A stretch of DNA of 64,000 nucleotides from Paraspadella gotoi (lineage: Eukaryota; Animalia; Chaetognatha), in NCBI GenBank assembly GCA_051294375.1, contig CM119269.1:7288080-7352079 (forward strand), written 5' to 3'. The translations under genes were made by a program, and so were the position numbers. Positions 1 to 12,965 of this stretch are shown in pieces. Each line of letters begins with the position of its first letter. The stretch's first letter is position 1. Below the pieces are notes generated by a model. The model saw nothing but the letters and a program-made list of their open reading frames with translations, ran no database searches and had not been told where the DNA came from.

Positions 1-2450
1 GATCTGTTGTCGAGATCTCTCTGCGGCGACGCGGTCCATCTGTCGATGTGTTGTCTCCTTTCTGCTCTCACTCTTTTTTCCTACCCGTACGTCGTCCATG
101 CACTTGCAGCAGACAGCAGCAGAAAGGATGCCGCTGATGATTATGATGGCCGGTACCTCGATTAGCGATCGTAGGCAACGTTCATGAACCGTGGACCACA
201 TTTACTGTAAGGTACATTTCCGAACAGATTTCTGAAAACGGTTGAGGGCGCTTCATTTGTTTAGTTTCTCCGACCGCAGTTGGTTGATATTCTTGTGCGT
301 AACCCGTATATTTGAGTGCACTGTCCATAAACTTTCCGATCTTCTTCTAAATGTTTAATTTCGTCGATACGTGTTGACTTGTTCGGGAGTGGTAGTTTGT
401 CCAGCGTTTTTCGTAGTACATGAATGCGTTTCCTTTTGATGTCGACGAAGAATTCCATTTATCATTCGCTAGACTGAGATGATGGGCAGACACGGGTACG
501 TCCTGAGTAGAAGAGTCGATTGAACTTCGTGTATTTCTGGAAAATTGATTCGGTGTCGGTGTATAGCTGGCGTTCTGTACTCTCTTGTATAGCTTCTTAT
601 TGGTAGTAGTTCATTTGTATAGTACTTTCGTCTACCTGGCTTCACGGCGTAGTGCTAAGGATTCTCCCGCAATAGGATTGCAAGTTCCTCAAAATTAGTA
701 GTTCGCCTCGAGGAAGACCTCGCGACTTTGCCCACGAAGTCTAATTGTATCTGTCTGTTAGGCGTGCCTGGAGAATCTTTTGGATGGCTGCTATGTCAAA
801 GCGATGCAGTCTGATGTGCCTCGCCCTTTCGCCCTTTGGTGACGCAGACGTTTCGTGGCGTAATTGCAGATCGAGTGAGCGTGTAAATTTCGAATTTTGT
901 CTGGTTATTTATTGTAGACTAAGTTAATTTCTGCACTGCATCTCTCTCGGGAAGCGCTCGGGAACACAGAAACAAGGGAGTCCGGGTCCGTGTCTATGTC
1001 TTCCTGCCACATGGCATGGTATCAGACGCTGCGATTACAACAAATGCAGGTGACGTTGTCGATATTGCCGACAAACGCCGCTCCACGGCGAAACTTGAAC
1101 TTATCGCCCGTTAGTCGGATGGTGAATCGTGGCGGTCGCCTATATCGTTGCAGATGATTGTGTTGCAGTTATTTACCAAGCTGTCCTTCTGTGCATTTAC
1201 ATTCCGCTTTCCGAAAAATAGTAGCACTGCAATCATTGTCAGCTTTCGTGCCTCCATTTCGTAATTGTGGCGTCCTCGGGCGGGGATAATGTTCGTTGAG
1301 CGACATACCGATATAAGCATGTTTTTCTTTCGTTGTTATGGGTCTGACAGGAATTGCCATTCTTCTATTTGGTAGGCTCCGCCCTCGATTAGAACGGCCT
1401 CCAAGTGTTTATCTCACCTCCGGTCTACGCATCTCTTGGTACGTACCATGTTAAAATCCCGCCCTGGGTGGTACATTGTTGCTTTAGCAAGATTGCATTT
1501 TCCTGTCTTTGCACGAATAGAGTCCACCTCATCTCCTACTCGGTGAATCGGTATTGCGAACTATAAGGTTAGGATTTGACAATCCAAAAGATTTATGCCG
1601 TGTCATTCATTTTTCACATTCATAACCCATGACTCGTGACAAGCTTAAGCTGGTTTTCTCCTTGGTGGCGTAGAAAATATCCATATCTCTCCGGTCGTTC
1701 GTTTGCCGACTGGTGTGGGTGAGTTACCATGTATTAAACTCCCATTAAATATGCTGCTGTCCGCGGTATAGTGGTTGCGAGAAACAGTAAACTGTTGAGT
1801 ACTGTGGACCCGAGATTGGTAGTGCTGGGAGGGTGACCAACGCGTGGCGTCCGAGTGTGTATGATTCTGAAACACATACTTGTCTCGCTTCGGCAGCGAG
1901 ATTAAAGAATGATCGATTGACGTCGATATGGTTATTCGTATCGAAATGTTCCTTTAACCGGCCGCAGAATTTGTCCGTCGCTGCTGTTGTGAATCTGTGT
2001 ATCATCCATGTGAAACATCAGATATGTGTTCGTAGTTTCTCTGCATTTTGAAACAATGCAGAAGTGTTTTGTGGTATCGACGTTAAATCCTTCGTTTAAC
2101 TGTTTTTTTCTTTTTGTTCACACTCGTTCTCTCTGTGGTGCCGTAGCCGCCGTTGTTCCGTCCGTGGTTTTGTTAAAACTCGTAAATCGGTTATCTGTTT
2201 TGTTCAAACAAACGTGTGTCATTTTGTTTTGCATTCGCGATTTGTGAAATATGTTTATGAAGGGCGATCGCTTTTAAAGCATTTTGCTAAAATTTTGCTT
2301 TGCTTGCTGGATTTTTTCTTTGTTGTTCTTTTTGTTTTTTGTCTAACTTTGGCCCACTTTGAGTTGGTAATACTAGTATCTACAGAACTTGATTATTTTG
2401 TTAGACGTTCTTCGTATACGCCATGGTCGAATCTATTTATTTTCTTTCTT
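1..2450 (-). pseudogene. Envelope-glycoprotein-like ORF3 downstream of integrase, frameshifted
   Basis: Cys-containing fragments (ORFs 1745-2005 and 1111-1320), a heptad-like 'LDKLPLPNKSTRIDEIKHLEED' (261-458), then hydrophobic 'SLIEVPAIIIISGILSAAVCCKC' (100-168) followed by a charged tail. Confidence 0.55.
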
Positions 2451-2819
2451 TTTTGTTGGCTCGTCGTCGTCGAATGCGTTCACCTCGTCTGGTTTTCGTG
2501 CCTCGATCGTCGTCTTTGGGTTCAATCCGGATCTGGGTTAGATCGGAGTATGACGGCTGAAAAATTGACCGGGTGCTGATAGTGACGTTCGATGATGATG
2601 ATGATGATGATGATGCTGGATTCGGGCAGGGGGTGTGAGTTCGAAGTTTTGAGTGTCTTGACCCGCCCGAGTAGTTACGGTGATGATGATGATGATTTAG
2701 TTTCGCGGTTTTTGTCCGTTTATTTTTACGTTAACTGGGTTTCTGGGTCTCTTGTGGTTTCGAATTGCTTTTGTATCACCTTTTTATTTTCTCTTCTTCT
2801 CTTTACTGTTTCTAGGAGT

Positions 2820-4030
2820 TGAAAAAGTGTTTTGAGTCGCTTCGCGGATACTTTATCCGACCACGTACTGAAGTCGGTTAGATTGAGGCCCAAAGTAGAT
2901 TGTCCATTATATACGTGAGAAGGCTCGACTAATATGTATTTTCCGTCATATTTTCAACGAATTTTCGATGTGCGGCGATGTACGATTGTGCCGGACTTGT
3001 TGCTGCTGTTAGCTGTTGCTCCTGTGCGTACGAAGATTCGCGACTAATTAAATTCCAGTAGAGTGACTACTCGGTCCCCGACCTAATTAGCCATTTTTGG
3101 TCTCGGACACGGCGGATTTCTTTCTTTATCAGTGCCTGGTGAGTTCGAGTCTATTCATGTTCAGCGAATTCGCGTCTTGCTTCGGCCTGTCTGTCTTCTC
3201 TACGTTTCATGACGTAATCTGCTAAATATTCATAAGTCTTTCTTCCGATTATATGTTACAATGTCCATCATGTTTCTTTATGGATGCCACGGTCAGGTTT
3301 TCCAAAATTGTATTTACAAATGGTCTGCATAATACATATCTGTTCCTCTCCATCCTGTGATTTTCGGAGTTGGGCCTTTAGTTAAAAGCGATGAGATGTG
3401 GAAGGTGCTTTGGAGCATTCTATTTTATGGGTCGTCATCTAAAGCTTTGCGGAAGTGGTGAATTCTCGTCGGATTCTTCGATATCTCTCTACGCTCTGTT
3501 GCTATTGCTCTGCGTGCGGACGAAAGGACTATTTCTCCGGATCCTATGTTTCTAAAGTTAATAATTTAATAAGCCTTCAATGTACTCTTCGCCATTGAGG
3601 AAGTTGCTTTATCAAATTTATTTCAAGGTAGCTGCCATGGAGAAGAAAAATGTGCTTGTCCTCAAACAGGCTTATGACGATGGTGGGTCGCCATCTTGCT
3701 CGCCTCAGTGGTATTGCCCAGGTGTAAGCGGGAAATCTTTATTAGGAGCGTTAGACTTAATCTGAATTTGTCAGATGACAACAAAAGTTTACGGAACTGC
3801 TTCCGCCGTCGGTGGCCAAAATGCATTACAATATATAACACTAGAGATTCCCACGGGAACCGAGTGCTATCGGTCGGAGATGGGTCAGGTCCGTTGAATG
3901 GTATTTCGTCGCTGGATTGTTCTCCGACACAGTGCACAAGCTGTACTGCAACGACCGCCCGCCGACGTTGCTGACCAATAAGGGTGCTGCAACGTATTCG
4001 CGAACGAGAATCATGCGAGCGGTCTCGTCT
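2820..4030 (-). pseudogene. Integrase (HHCC Zn finger, core, GPY/F C-terminal module), frameshifted
   Basis: 'HDS', then 'ACALCRR' (CxxC, ~3925), 'FPWESLVLYIV..KLLLSSDKF', an 'MERNR'-like stretch (~3345), 'VGDRV' (~3075), and 'KYDGKYILVE..AKRLK' (GPY/F-like). Confidence 0.75.
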
Positions 4031-5664
4031 TCGACGTCCCAATTTTTCCTTATATTTTCTCGACGATCCTCCCGTCAAGTCTTTTTTGTGGAATAATGTA
4101 TCGGTCGTGTTGAAGTGATCGTCGGTTAAGCCGATGATGCACAAGATTCCGTCCTCTTGCGTGACATGTTAGATCGTCTGCGTTCTTTTTTGCAGGAAGA
4201 TTCTGTAATGTTTGTGCATATGGCCTTTTCTGTCGATTGACATATTCGAAAATGCGTTTTTACCGCCTCGATTCCATGGTGGTCGGAAAATAGTTCTTGC
4301 ATCTAATGTCCTGTCTCGCTTTCGACCAACGTTTGACGCCGTGTCTTTAGCGGAGTAGGACGGGATCTCTTGGGCAGATCGTTGGTTCGGTCGATGAGGT
4401 CTGTGATGTCAATGTCTATTCGATGCTTCCATGGCCGAGTCGAGTATGAGATTCCGGTTTACGGTTTTGGTTTTCTCGCCGCCCATGTTGCGTCTTCATC
4501 GTCCAATTCTCTCCCGTCGTCTGTCTATCGTTGTTCTTCGTTTTGGCTTCTGTTTTGTCTCTCGTCTGAGGGGACGGTGCGCTGCCGGCCGTTCTCGACA
4601 TGTGTCCAGACACCGCGGGCACGGATGACACTGTCAGGCGGTCCTGTGGCGGTTCCTTGTGCGTTTATTGCTGATATAATTGGCGGGTCGGTGGGATGGG
4701 GCACGGGCGATAAGGATTGGTTTCGGCTGGCAGACCGGGGTTTGCTCATTTGACGTTGGGTCGATTTGTGCTGTGTTGCATATTTTGTTGGACTTTGGTT
4801 TATCTGGCAAGACCGTAGTCGACTGCCACGACTGTTATCCTCTAGTGGCATGATCCCTTGTGCGCTTAAGGTGGGCGGCTGTGGACGAAAACTCCTCTAA
4901 GCGGTCTCCGTCGTGTCTTCTGCGTCTTTGCGCCCTCTCTAATGTCATCAAGGGTTGATATTGGTAATTTCATTATTTGTTCTAACGCATCATCCGTTCC
5001 GTCTTACTTTTGTTGCCGCTCTTCGTACGACTGGTTGGGTGTCACTAAATAAAGCTTGAATGCTGAATTTGTCAACTGTCCTGAGATTCTTACTTTGTCT
5101 GCTTTTCACCTCTGTTTCCATGACTTTTCAATTGCATATAGCTCCTGTTATCGCGGAACGTCTTGTGCAGTGCTTCCTCGATCCAGGATTTTTTACTGGT
5201 AGCCAAAGCTCCATCGAACATATTACATCGGCCTAGTGTCATCTTCAGCAGTTCTGGATGTGCTACCCTAGTACGCGACCCAGTCTCTTTGCTCGTGAGA
5301 ACTTGTTCCTATCATATAACTGAAATATCGTCGTCTACAGTGAGTTCTCTTTCGTTTTTGGTGACCCAATAAATTTAAAACTGATTTTTCTTATATTATT
5401 CTTCTAAAAACTTCTATCGTCCGCTTCTTTGAGAGAAATTGTTCCTAAAATGTTTCTTTCATCTATTTTTGTAGTGATGGAGGCGTACTCGATGGAACGA
5501 GTGTTGGTGCTCCACCAACCTCTCCAGCCGAGGTGGCCCGGCCAAGTTTCCCACTGATTTGGATCCTTGTTGTACTCCTCTTTCGTATGAGCTTCCATGT
5601 CAAATGCCAGTCGGTTAGGAAAGTTGTCGTCGAGAGTGGAGGATCTGCCCTGGTTCCCGGACAT

Positions 5665-6170
5665 CTTAGATCCAAAAGAGTCAGCCTGATTATCTTTCGC
5701 TTTTCACTAAGATGACCTTCGTCGTTTGGCATTGACATCCTTAGATTCTATTTTCTTCGGTAAAACACTCTCAGTACGAGTTAATTTGGTCTGTAGAGAG
5801 TTGATTATTTGTCGTGCCTCTGCAAGTCCATCGATTCTTGTAAAATATTGGGAATTCTGTTAACCAATGTGATATGACTGCGTCTTCCACAAAAGTGTAG
5901 CCCGTTATAAAAAACTTGTAGGCGGTTAACCCATCATGTTAAAAAAAAGCAGATAAAAAGGGTTCCTCAAGAATGTTACTACTGTTAATAGATACAGACT
6001 TATTCGCCCCGGGACATCGACTCTGAGAAGAAGGAAGTCAGACAAGTGTATATCGATTCCTCGTCCGGATCGCCGCTAATGAGGGCCTCTCATGGCGCTA
6101 GTGCTTGGCATCACGCTAGACTTTTACTATTCCCATTGCTTATTTGTGCATCGTTTAAGACAGATATCAG
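5665..6170 (-). pseudogene. Ty3/Gypsy RNase H, frameshifted
   Basis: An xDA motif (~6150, tDAS-like), 'SFFSESMSRGE', 'GYTFVED', 'NRW', and terminal 'DNQADSF' (NxxADxLS-like, ~5680). Confidence 0.7.
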
Positions 6171-6329
6171 GATCAACTGAGCGTCGTATTATCTCTCCTG
6201 TCGATTTATAGATTCTCTTAGGCAGACATTTCTTGAATAGAACATTTCTTCGAATCGAAAAATTCTGCTTTGTCTCTCGACGAGTGTACAAGGTCATGGA
6301 GGCCTGGCTCATGTGCGAAGATAGGATAT

Positions 6330-7400
6330 AACCTGTGGGTGATAAAGTTTTTCTTGTACCATTAGTTTATTTCGCAGACGGCGAGGAGGATGCTCGTGAG
6401 GTCCTTTCCGTTGTCATTCAAGCCTTGAGCGGTTCCTCCTCCTGTCTTTACATTCTCAGTTTTTTCTATTTTTGATGGCGGATGCTTTGATCTTGGGATG
6501 ATTGCCGTTTGTAACCGAGAGATTTATAATGTCATCTTTTATTGACGATAGTGATCGCGCTTTTTGTATCCTGAATTTGAGTACGACATTCTGCTCGATT
6601 CGGCATATTTCTACGACATTTCTTCTGCTAAAGGTCCCCTATGATCTGCACATCTTCCTCTTGGCAGTTGGTGCCGTTATGGAGATGAGATCGAAATCTA
6701 CATATATGAAGAAAACTTTTTACGTCTCGGCCCAGATCGGCAAGATCTATTCTAGCAGTGCGCTGTGAGGACGTTCGGACGTGATTTGACGCCTCCATGG
6801 AGAAGCATATTATTCATGTGCCAGTTGTGTCCCGCTCCCTAGCTGAAGCAGTGACTGGCTTGCATCTTTCGGTAGGATTACTTGGTGAAAACTACGACAA
6901 GAAGTGAATCCAACTGAGAGACTTAGTTATAGGTCCTATCATCTCTTCGAGTAATGTGAGGACGATTGTTTGCGGCTCGACTGGCAAAAAAGTTGCCCCA
7001 AATATTTCGTTGACGGTATTGCTAGCGGGAAGAGATCGCAACATGTAGAGTGCTTCCACTTGTCTTGCAAACGTTTCGTCGCCCAATTTGTTGACTTTGG
7101 CCATGCCGCTATTATGTTTTGATTTTTTTTATTAGTAACCTGTTAGTAGTAAGGACTTCGCCTGATGTTCTGGAACGATCTCCGGCATTCGGCTATAGAC
7201 CTCAAGATATCTTTGGAGCCTGCCTTTTTTACGGCACTTGGTTTACAACATCTTGGCTTCTGTGGTAGATCGTTCAGTTGGGTATAGCCGAGTCGACTTG
7301 TAGCATTTAAGAACCCTCTCTTTGGCAATCGCTTGATGGATCGCCCAAAGACGTCGCGAAATTCCTCAATACTGTTTCCAAACCAATGTCGCGCTTGCTT
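6330..7400 (-). pseudogene. LTR-retrotransposon reverse transcriptase, frameshifted
   Basis: In order: 'IEEFRDVF', 'IRRSPY', 'LLIKK', 'SQLD..SFHQVIL..VTA', 'LLHGGVKSRP', 'FIYVD(F)DLI' (YxDD motif, ~6684-6708), 'KSLGY', 'KDLTSIL..WYKKNFI'. Confidence 0.8.
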
Positions 7401-7579
7401 GTCAACTGAATGCTGGGTCACTTCTTTCAAGGGCGTAGAAATTCTTGCTATTCTCTGCCTTGTCCGTGGTTCCTCTGGACGTCTTTTCTCTTGCCACACT
7501 CGGCTTGCTTTCGATTCTGTCAGCTTGATTAGGTTTTGGTCGTTTTCATAATCTTTCTGCGCAGGGATGTTTCCTTCTC

Positions 7580-7980
7580 GCTCCGTCTCTAGCATTGGGC
7601 CTGTCGCCTGTTAAGTACTGCTGTATCAGCGCCTTGCTGTACATTCCGTTCTAGTTGTACGATCTCGTTTTTCTTCGCCTTCGCGTTACTACTACAATTC
7701 TTGCTGTCCCCATTCGCCTGGTTCGCCTGGGCAAGTTACTATACCCTTGTTTTAAGGGTCTCTATCGCCTCGATAATGGTGAGCAGGCGACCTCTGCGTC
7801 TTTTGACTTCACAAGCCATTTGGCATCCGCTAATGACTTTCCAGTCACGTTCGTGCTGCTCTCACTGTGAGACTTGGCTTGTTTCCATTTTCTTTCGGCG
7901 CAACAGGGCGCGATGATTGAGTGCTCGTCAATGCATCCTGTGGTGCTCACCAACTTCTAGGCGGCTTTCAGTGGCCTGTT
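7580..7980 (-). pseudogene. Retropepsin-like aspartic protease, degenerate
   Basis: ORF 7762-7953 reads 'LVSTTGCIDEHSII...SLADAKWLVKSKDAEV', resembling the lvDTG..S.I and ladg..v.s.g flap pattern. A downstream 'YLTGD' resembles ILG.D. The catalytic D is not intact. Confidence 0.45.
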
Positions 7981-8329
7981 GTCTTTAAACAGGTGGGTTA
8001 TCGGGCCTCCCGTTCCATACGAGCTCACTTGGAGTCTACTTTTGTTCGCGGCGAGACGATCCACCACTTTCAGAAGCGTGGGTCCTGGGTCTGTAGTAGC
8101 CGTTCCTATGACTGACTCTTTGTCGATCATCGGTCAGGCGCAGACGGAAGAACGACCGTGTCATAGTAGCCAATTTGAACATGACCCTTGAGGTTATTAT
8201 CCTCTCCCGAGTGTCGATCGTTCCGTTTCCGTAGATAACTCTCAGCGTGGGCCAGTCGCTAATCCTTGCTTTGTAAGGCGACCTCCAATTCCATCTATCA
8301 AATTTTGCGGGGATCGGTGTTCGATGACG

Positions 8330-9960
8330 CGCCTGTTGTCTTAAAGCAGCTGGCAGGCGCTCCACTCTCTCTTACCACCGCCGGTCACTTCAGCTAGTTT
8401 CTTCCGCAGTAAACAATATCGACTTCTTCCCGGTGTTACATCCCTGGCGTTGCTGGAGGACTTAATGTCAGTTTTCTCGTCCTGTTGAGTGTTGGGGCCC
8501 ATATCCGGAGTGGGGGGGGGGCTTCTCATCCTTCGTTGTTTCCAATCGTTCTCGGCGCTTCCCCGGTGGTCTCGGTTAATGAATTGCCACTTCTTCAACT
8601 TTTCTTCAATCGTTGCTTGATGGAGATGATCTCCCCAACTGGCTGTTGGCCGACTGATTTGAGGCTACGTGTGGGTATCTATATACAATTAACTTACGAC
8701 ATTGGACTATCCCCTTCTCCCTAAGGGTTCGGAGGCCCGGAAACTTGTTTGCCTTTTGCCTGAGTTTTACTTTTGCTAGGCGGTGTGTTTGGTCACGTTA
8801 ATGTAATTTACTTCTCCCCGTGTCATGATGTTGAACGCCATCGCTTTCAGGTGTTCGGTTGTGATATATATGTTCACTCGCTTTTTTACATAACTTTTCA
8901 CCACTTTCAACTCGTTTCTGATGAATTGCTCTTCTTTTCCGGATTAACGTCCCAGCCTTGTGCCAGTGCTAATTTTTCGTCCTCTTCCTCGATGAGTTCG
9001 CCCGGTGTAAGAGAGGTTGTTCTCTTTGGTTATGGTTTCATAACAGCTTTACGTATACAACATACCGGGCTTCGCTGCGCTGTCTTACTCGCTCAGTTTT
9101 CCAGGCTGCTTTGCGCCCTGTCGGTGTATTCTGTCATCTTTACTTACAGCGGGGCCATGTCCTTGTGACGATTCGTTTTATGTTCTGCTTGCGGCGTCAT
9201 TTGCTAGCTTTTGCCGCTTTCCCTCTCTGGGAGTATTTTGGTCTGACTGTCTCTCACATGAAATTTATCGAGTACATTTTCACAATTTCTTTATCTGTTC
9301 ATCCATAAACACTTTCAACATTCGTTAATTACAACACTTCGCAGTCCTCACTCTTGCCTCAAGTATTATACTTCCATGGTTTATAAGTCTTCCTTTTCCG
9401 CGGCGATGTGTGCCACGTTCATTCTTCCGCCTCTATTCATCGCGTGCGATTCGCGTTCTCCATCCGGCTTCACCGCGTCCTTCTGCGGTTTGGTCGGTCA
9501 GACTGTCCGGTCGCCCTATTTCCACCGTCATCGACTTTCTTTGTGAGCATGGCTGATATGTTTTCGCCATCTTCTCTAGAGTTCCCGCGAATACTACGGT
9601 TGGTTTCCTGAAGCAGGTGCCTTGGTACAGGGCGTTTGCGCCTGTCGCTGCTGGGATTTTCTGTCCGACCAGCCCTTCTTTAACAGGGAATCCGTTATGA
9701 TTCTTGTCTGTCTCATCCTTAACCGAGTTGATGAATACGGCGTCGTAGTTCGCTTGTTGGGTCGTTGTGCTTCCAGCCATCCCCCGCAGGATCCCATTCA
9801 ATCTTTTTTACCGAGGTGTCTTGCGTCTTCCGCCTAACGAACTCTCTAATCTCCCAGGATATCCTGGTCTCTATCACCTGGGCACACGGTCGTTTGAGAC
9901 GCTTTTGATTAGCAGCCTGGCGGTGATGTCTCGGGATGATGCTTGGTCCTCCGCAGGCCA
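8330..9960 (-). pseudogene. gag-like region, frameshifted
   Basis: Lies upstream of the protease. Fragments 'WTDKEIVK' (~9290) and 'RQRSEARYVVY' (QxxxE-like, ~9070), plus a broken Zn-knuckle-like C-F-Y-C-G-R...W-S-A-C at ~8350-8425. Confidence 0.5.
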
Positions 9961-10940
9961 CGCATGCGTGATTGCTGAAACCCGAGTTTACAAGCGCGAG
10001 TCATATTTGGAGTGTACTCTCGGTTTTATNNNNNNNNNNNNNNNNNNNNNNNNNGAGAGAGAGAGAGAGAGAGTGAGATTCAGCCGTGAGTCACCGAATA
10101 AGGAAGAAAAATTACGAAAATATTAATGCATAGTAACGTTGCGTGGATCGATTAATATTAATAAATGCCCTCTCCATATTCAACGCCGCTTTCGCTGCTT
10201 CATCATTTTTTATCATAAAGAAATATGTCTTTTTTTTTTCTTTTCTCTTGGGGATGCTAGAGATACGAAAAAAAAGGGAAACCACTCACGCACGTTTTGC
10301 ATTTATTAATTAGTTTGAGCTTACCCCAAACTACTAAATAACAAAGTATTAAGTTTAATTTAATGTTCTATCAAAATATTCTAACAAACTCATTTCGAAT
10401 GATCGTTCGCGTACTTTTCACTGAGTCATGGATAAGTCCCTCGTACGCGCAATTTACAAAAGACGTGATAGCGTTTAGTTGCGTGCGCGGGAGATATAAC
10501 AAAACGCACGCATTGAAATTGAAAAAAACGAAAACTAATGTGCACACAAATTACCTGATTTGAAAGCTGTTACTAATTGTGCGCATATTAATTGAATTAT
10601 TGAAATAAAAAAATTATTAAACTATAGACTAAATTAAAACGATTAACAATTTAAAATTAACACCAAGCAATTATCAATTATATGTATCTGCGATTTTATT
10701 CGTATTCAACAAAGTTGATTCAGAGAAATCAATTATCGAATACTAATTAATAAATTAACCACAAACCAATACTAATATCTAATAACAATTAATTATAATC
10801 GAAGAATTAACTGCTACTAACAATTAACTAATAATTAATTTTAATTATTTACTATCACCTTACTAATCCCCGCTTCCGTTGGCGCGGACGAAGAATCCCG
10901 AGTTTTTTTCTCTTTTAGTATTTATCAATTGATAAATTGA

Positions 10941-10977
<37 letters not shown>

Positions 10978-11000
10978 TATTATTTATTATTATTATTTAT
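10941..11000. repeat. (ATT)n/(ATTT)n microsatellite
   Basis: Direct reading. Confidence 0.95.
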
Positions 11001-11103
11001 TACATCGAATACACCTTAATCACCCAATCCAAACTGACCGACTGGCTCACGAATCGTAGAGAGAAAAAAAAAGGGAAAAAATGGTCTCTTGCCGTCGGCG
11101 GGA

Positions 11104-11105
<2 letters not shown>

Positions 11106-11136
<31 letters not shown>

Positions 11137-11152
11137 ACGGCGACGACGACAA

Positions 11153-11195
<43 letters not shown>
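11106..11195. repeat. (GAC/GGC)n microsatellite
   Basis: Direct reading. Confidence 0.95.
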
Positions 11196-11197
<2 letters not shown>

Positions 11198-12141
11198 AAC
11201 TCGATGACGGTTTTATTACCTGCGCCTTCTGTCGCTTCGATGCGTTAATTGGCGGGAAAAACCACGGAAAGTGACTCGCTCTCTATCTCTCCTTCCATTT
11301 CGTCTCTTTTTTTCCCCCCTTTTCCCTCTCTCGTCCTCTTTCACTCCTTTTCCTTTATTTTTTCTCCCTTTCCTGCCTTTTTTTTTTCGTTCCCGTTTTC
11401 CGTTCGCTTCAATTTCTTTCCTTGGTCTCTCTTATTTCTCTTTTATCTCTTTTTCTCTGCCTTCCCTCTCTTCATCTATACTTTTCTTCTCTTTTCCTCT
11501 CCTTTTTATCACCTCTCTTATCTCCCATTCCTTTCTATCTCCCACCCTTTCTTCTCTTCCATTCCGGGTTTTGCTTTTACATCCCTTTTCGTTCCCCTAT
11601 TCTCTCTTTCCACTCCTTTGTTTCAAATTCCTTTAGCTTTAAATCATTTTTTTCCGATCATCATGAAATCATTTATCATCATTCGTGATAGTATCTCATG
11701 AGGTCAATCTACGTTCAAGTCCGAAGTGTCCACAAAATGAGACCCAATTGTATGCGTACTATTAGCTGACTAACATCGAAACGATACGCGATATCGACTG
11801 AGACTAAAAGTTGTTTTTTTTTAGAATCTGACAAGATGAAAGTAGTTTCTTTCTTTAAAGATTAAAACACATATTGAATCTAAATTACGGCTTTTTATTT
11901 CTGATGACGAACTGTTAGTTAAGTTGCATTCATTCCAATTATCACGATGACGTATTTCTGTAAACTATTCGAATTAAATTTGAAGGTTACTTTTTTCATT
12001 TAAACTCAAACTTACTGGCCAGTCATGATTTTGTCTTTTTTATTGCAATTTTTTTATTTGACTTTTTTTATATTTATTTCGCAAAAAGTGAAAAAAGTTC
12101 GTCGTGAGAGACGCGGTTTCTCTTGAGTTACGGGAGAGAGC

Positions 12142-12178
<37 letters not shown>

Positions 12179-12904
12179 AGGAGAGAGGAAGAGAGAGAGA
12201 GAGAGGCTTCGAACCAGAAAAAATAATCTTTTCGCGCCTTTTTTTAGTTTTTTTTTCTCTCGCTCGCGCTCACTCCTTTTTCGTTCCTTCTCTCTCGTTC
12301 TTTAATCGCGTTCTCGTCTGTATTTTTATCTCCGTCAATTTATACTTTTTAACTTTCTTTCTTTTTTTCTTTTTTTCTCTCTTTATCTCGTCTGTTTTCT
12401 GTTTTCCTCGACGGTTTTTTGTTTCTATTTCGAAAAAATTGAACGAGTTTTGAGAACGCAGGGTCTGTCTGTTTTTGCGGTCGAGATGAGAGGAGAGTCA
12501 ACTGAGCGAGAGAGAGAGAGAGAGAGAGAGAAGAGAGAGGAGAGAGAGAGAGAGAGAGAACATTTACTCTGTCAAAGACAACGCCATTTCAACATTTCGG
12601 TAGGTTTATGGGTTATAAAGTTACATATAACCCTTTTGCTTTTCTCATTAAATTCATGCCAGAGCATCGGCATTCATTTGGCACCTTCCCTTTCCTCTTA
12701 ACCCCAAACCACCCTCTCTCCATTTAGTCTCTTTTGATTGGCTATCTTCATTTCGTCGTCGTTGTTTTCTTCGACGTCGTCGTCGTCCAGCGTCCTAATC
12801 TAACATACAGAAATGAACACCTGCAAAAATGATTTTCTTGGCACAGAAAGAAAAACGAATTTCGTCTAAAAATCGAGGAAGTTTGATTGTTGAAGGGAAA
12901 CGGA

Positions 12905-12965
<61 letters not shown>

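Larger units (their letters stand above)
1..10029 (-). mobile_element. Degenerate or noisily sequenced Ty3/Gypsy LTR retrotransposon internal region with an env-like third ORF; LTRs not visible
   Basis: Manual minus-strand translation across frameshifts gives motifs in Gypsy order: gag, PR, RT, RNase H, INT, GPY/F, then a TM-bearing ORF. The region is bounded by the window start and a 25-N gap. Confidence 0.8.

Noticed and set aside
1883-1898. TCTCGCTTCGGCAGC resembles the U6 snRNA 5' end
   Set aside because: The similarity stops after ~14 nt, there is no ACAGAGA box, and it lies inside the retroelement.
6127-6312. 'KSTGEIIRRSVD' looked like RT domain 2
   Set aside because: The true RT motifs map at 6330-7400. 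This stretch is the connection/RNase H start.
9960-10029. Possible 5' LTR or primer-binding site of the Gypsy element
   Set aside because: No recognisable TG..CA LTR pair or tRNA-complementary PBS. The element is cut by the gap and the window edge.
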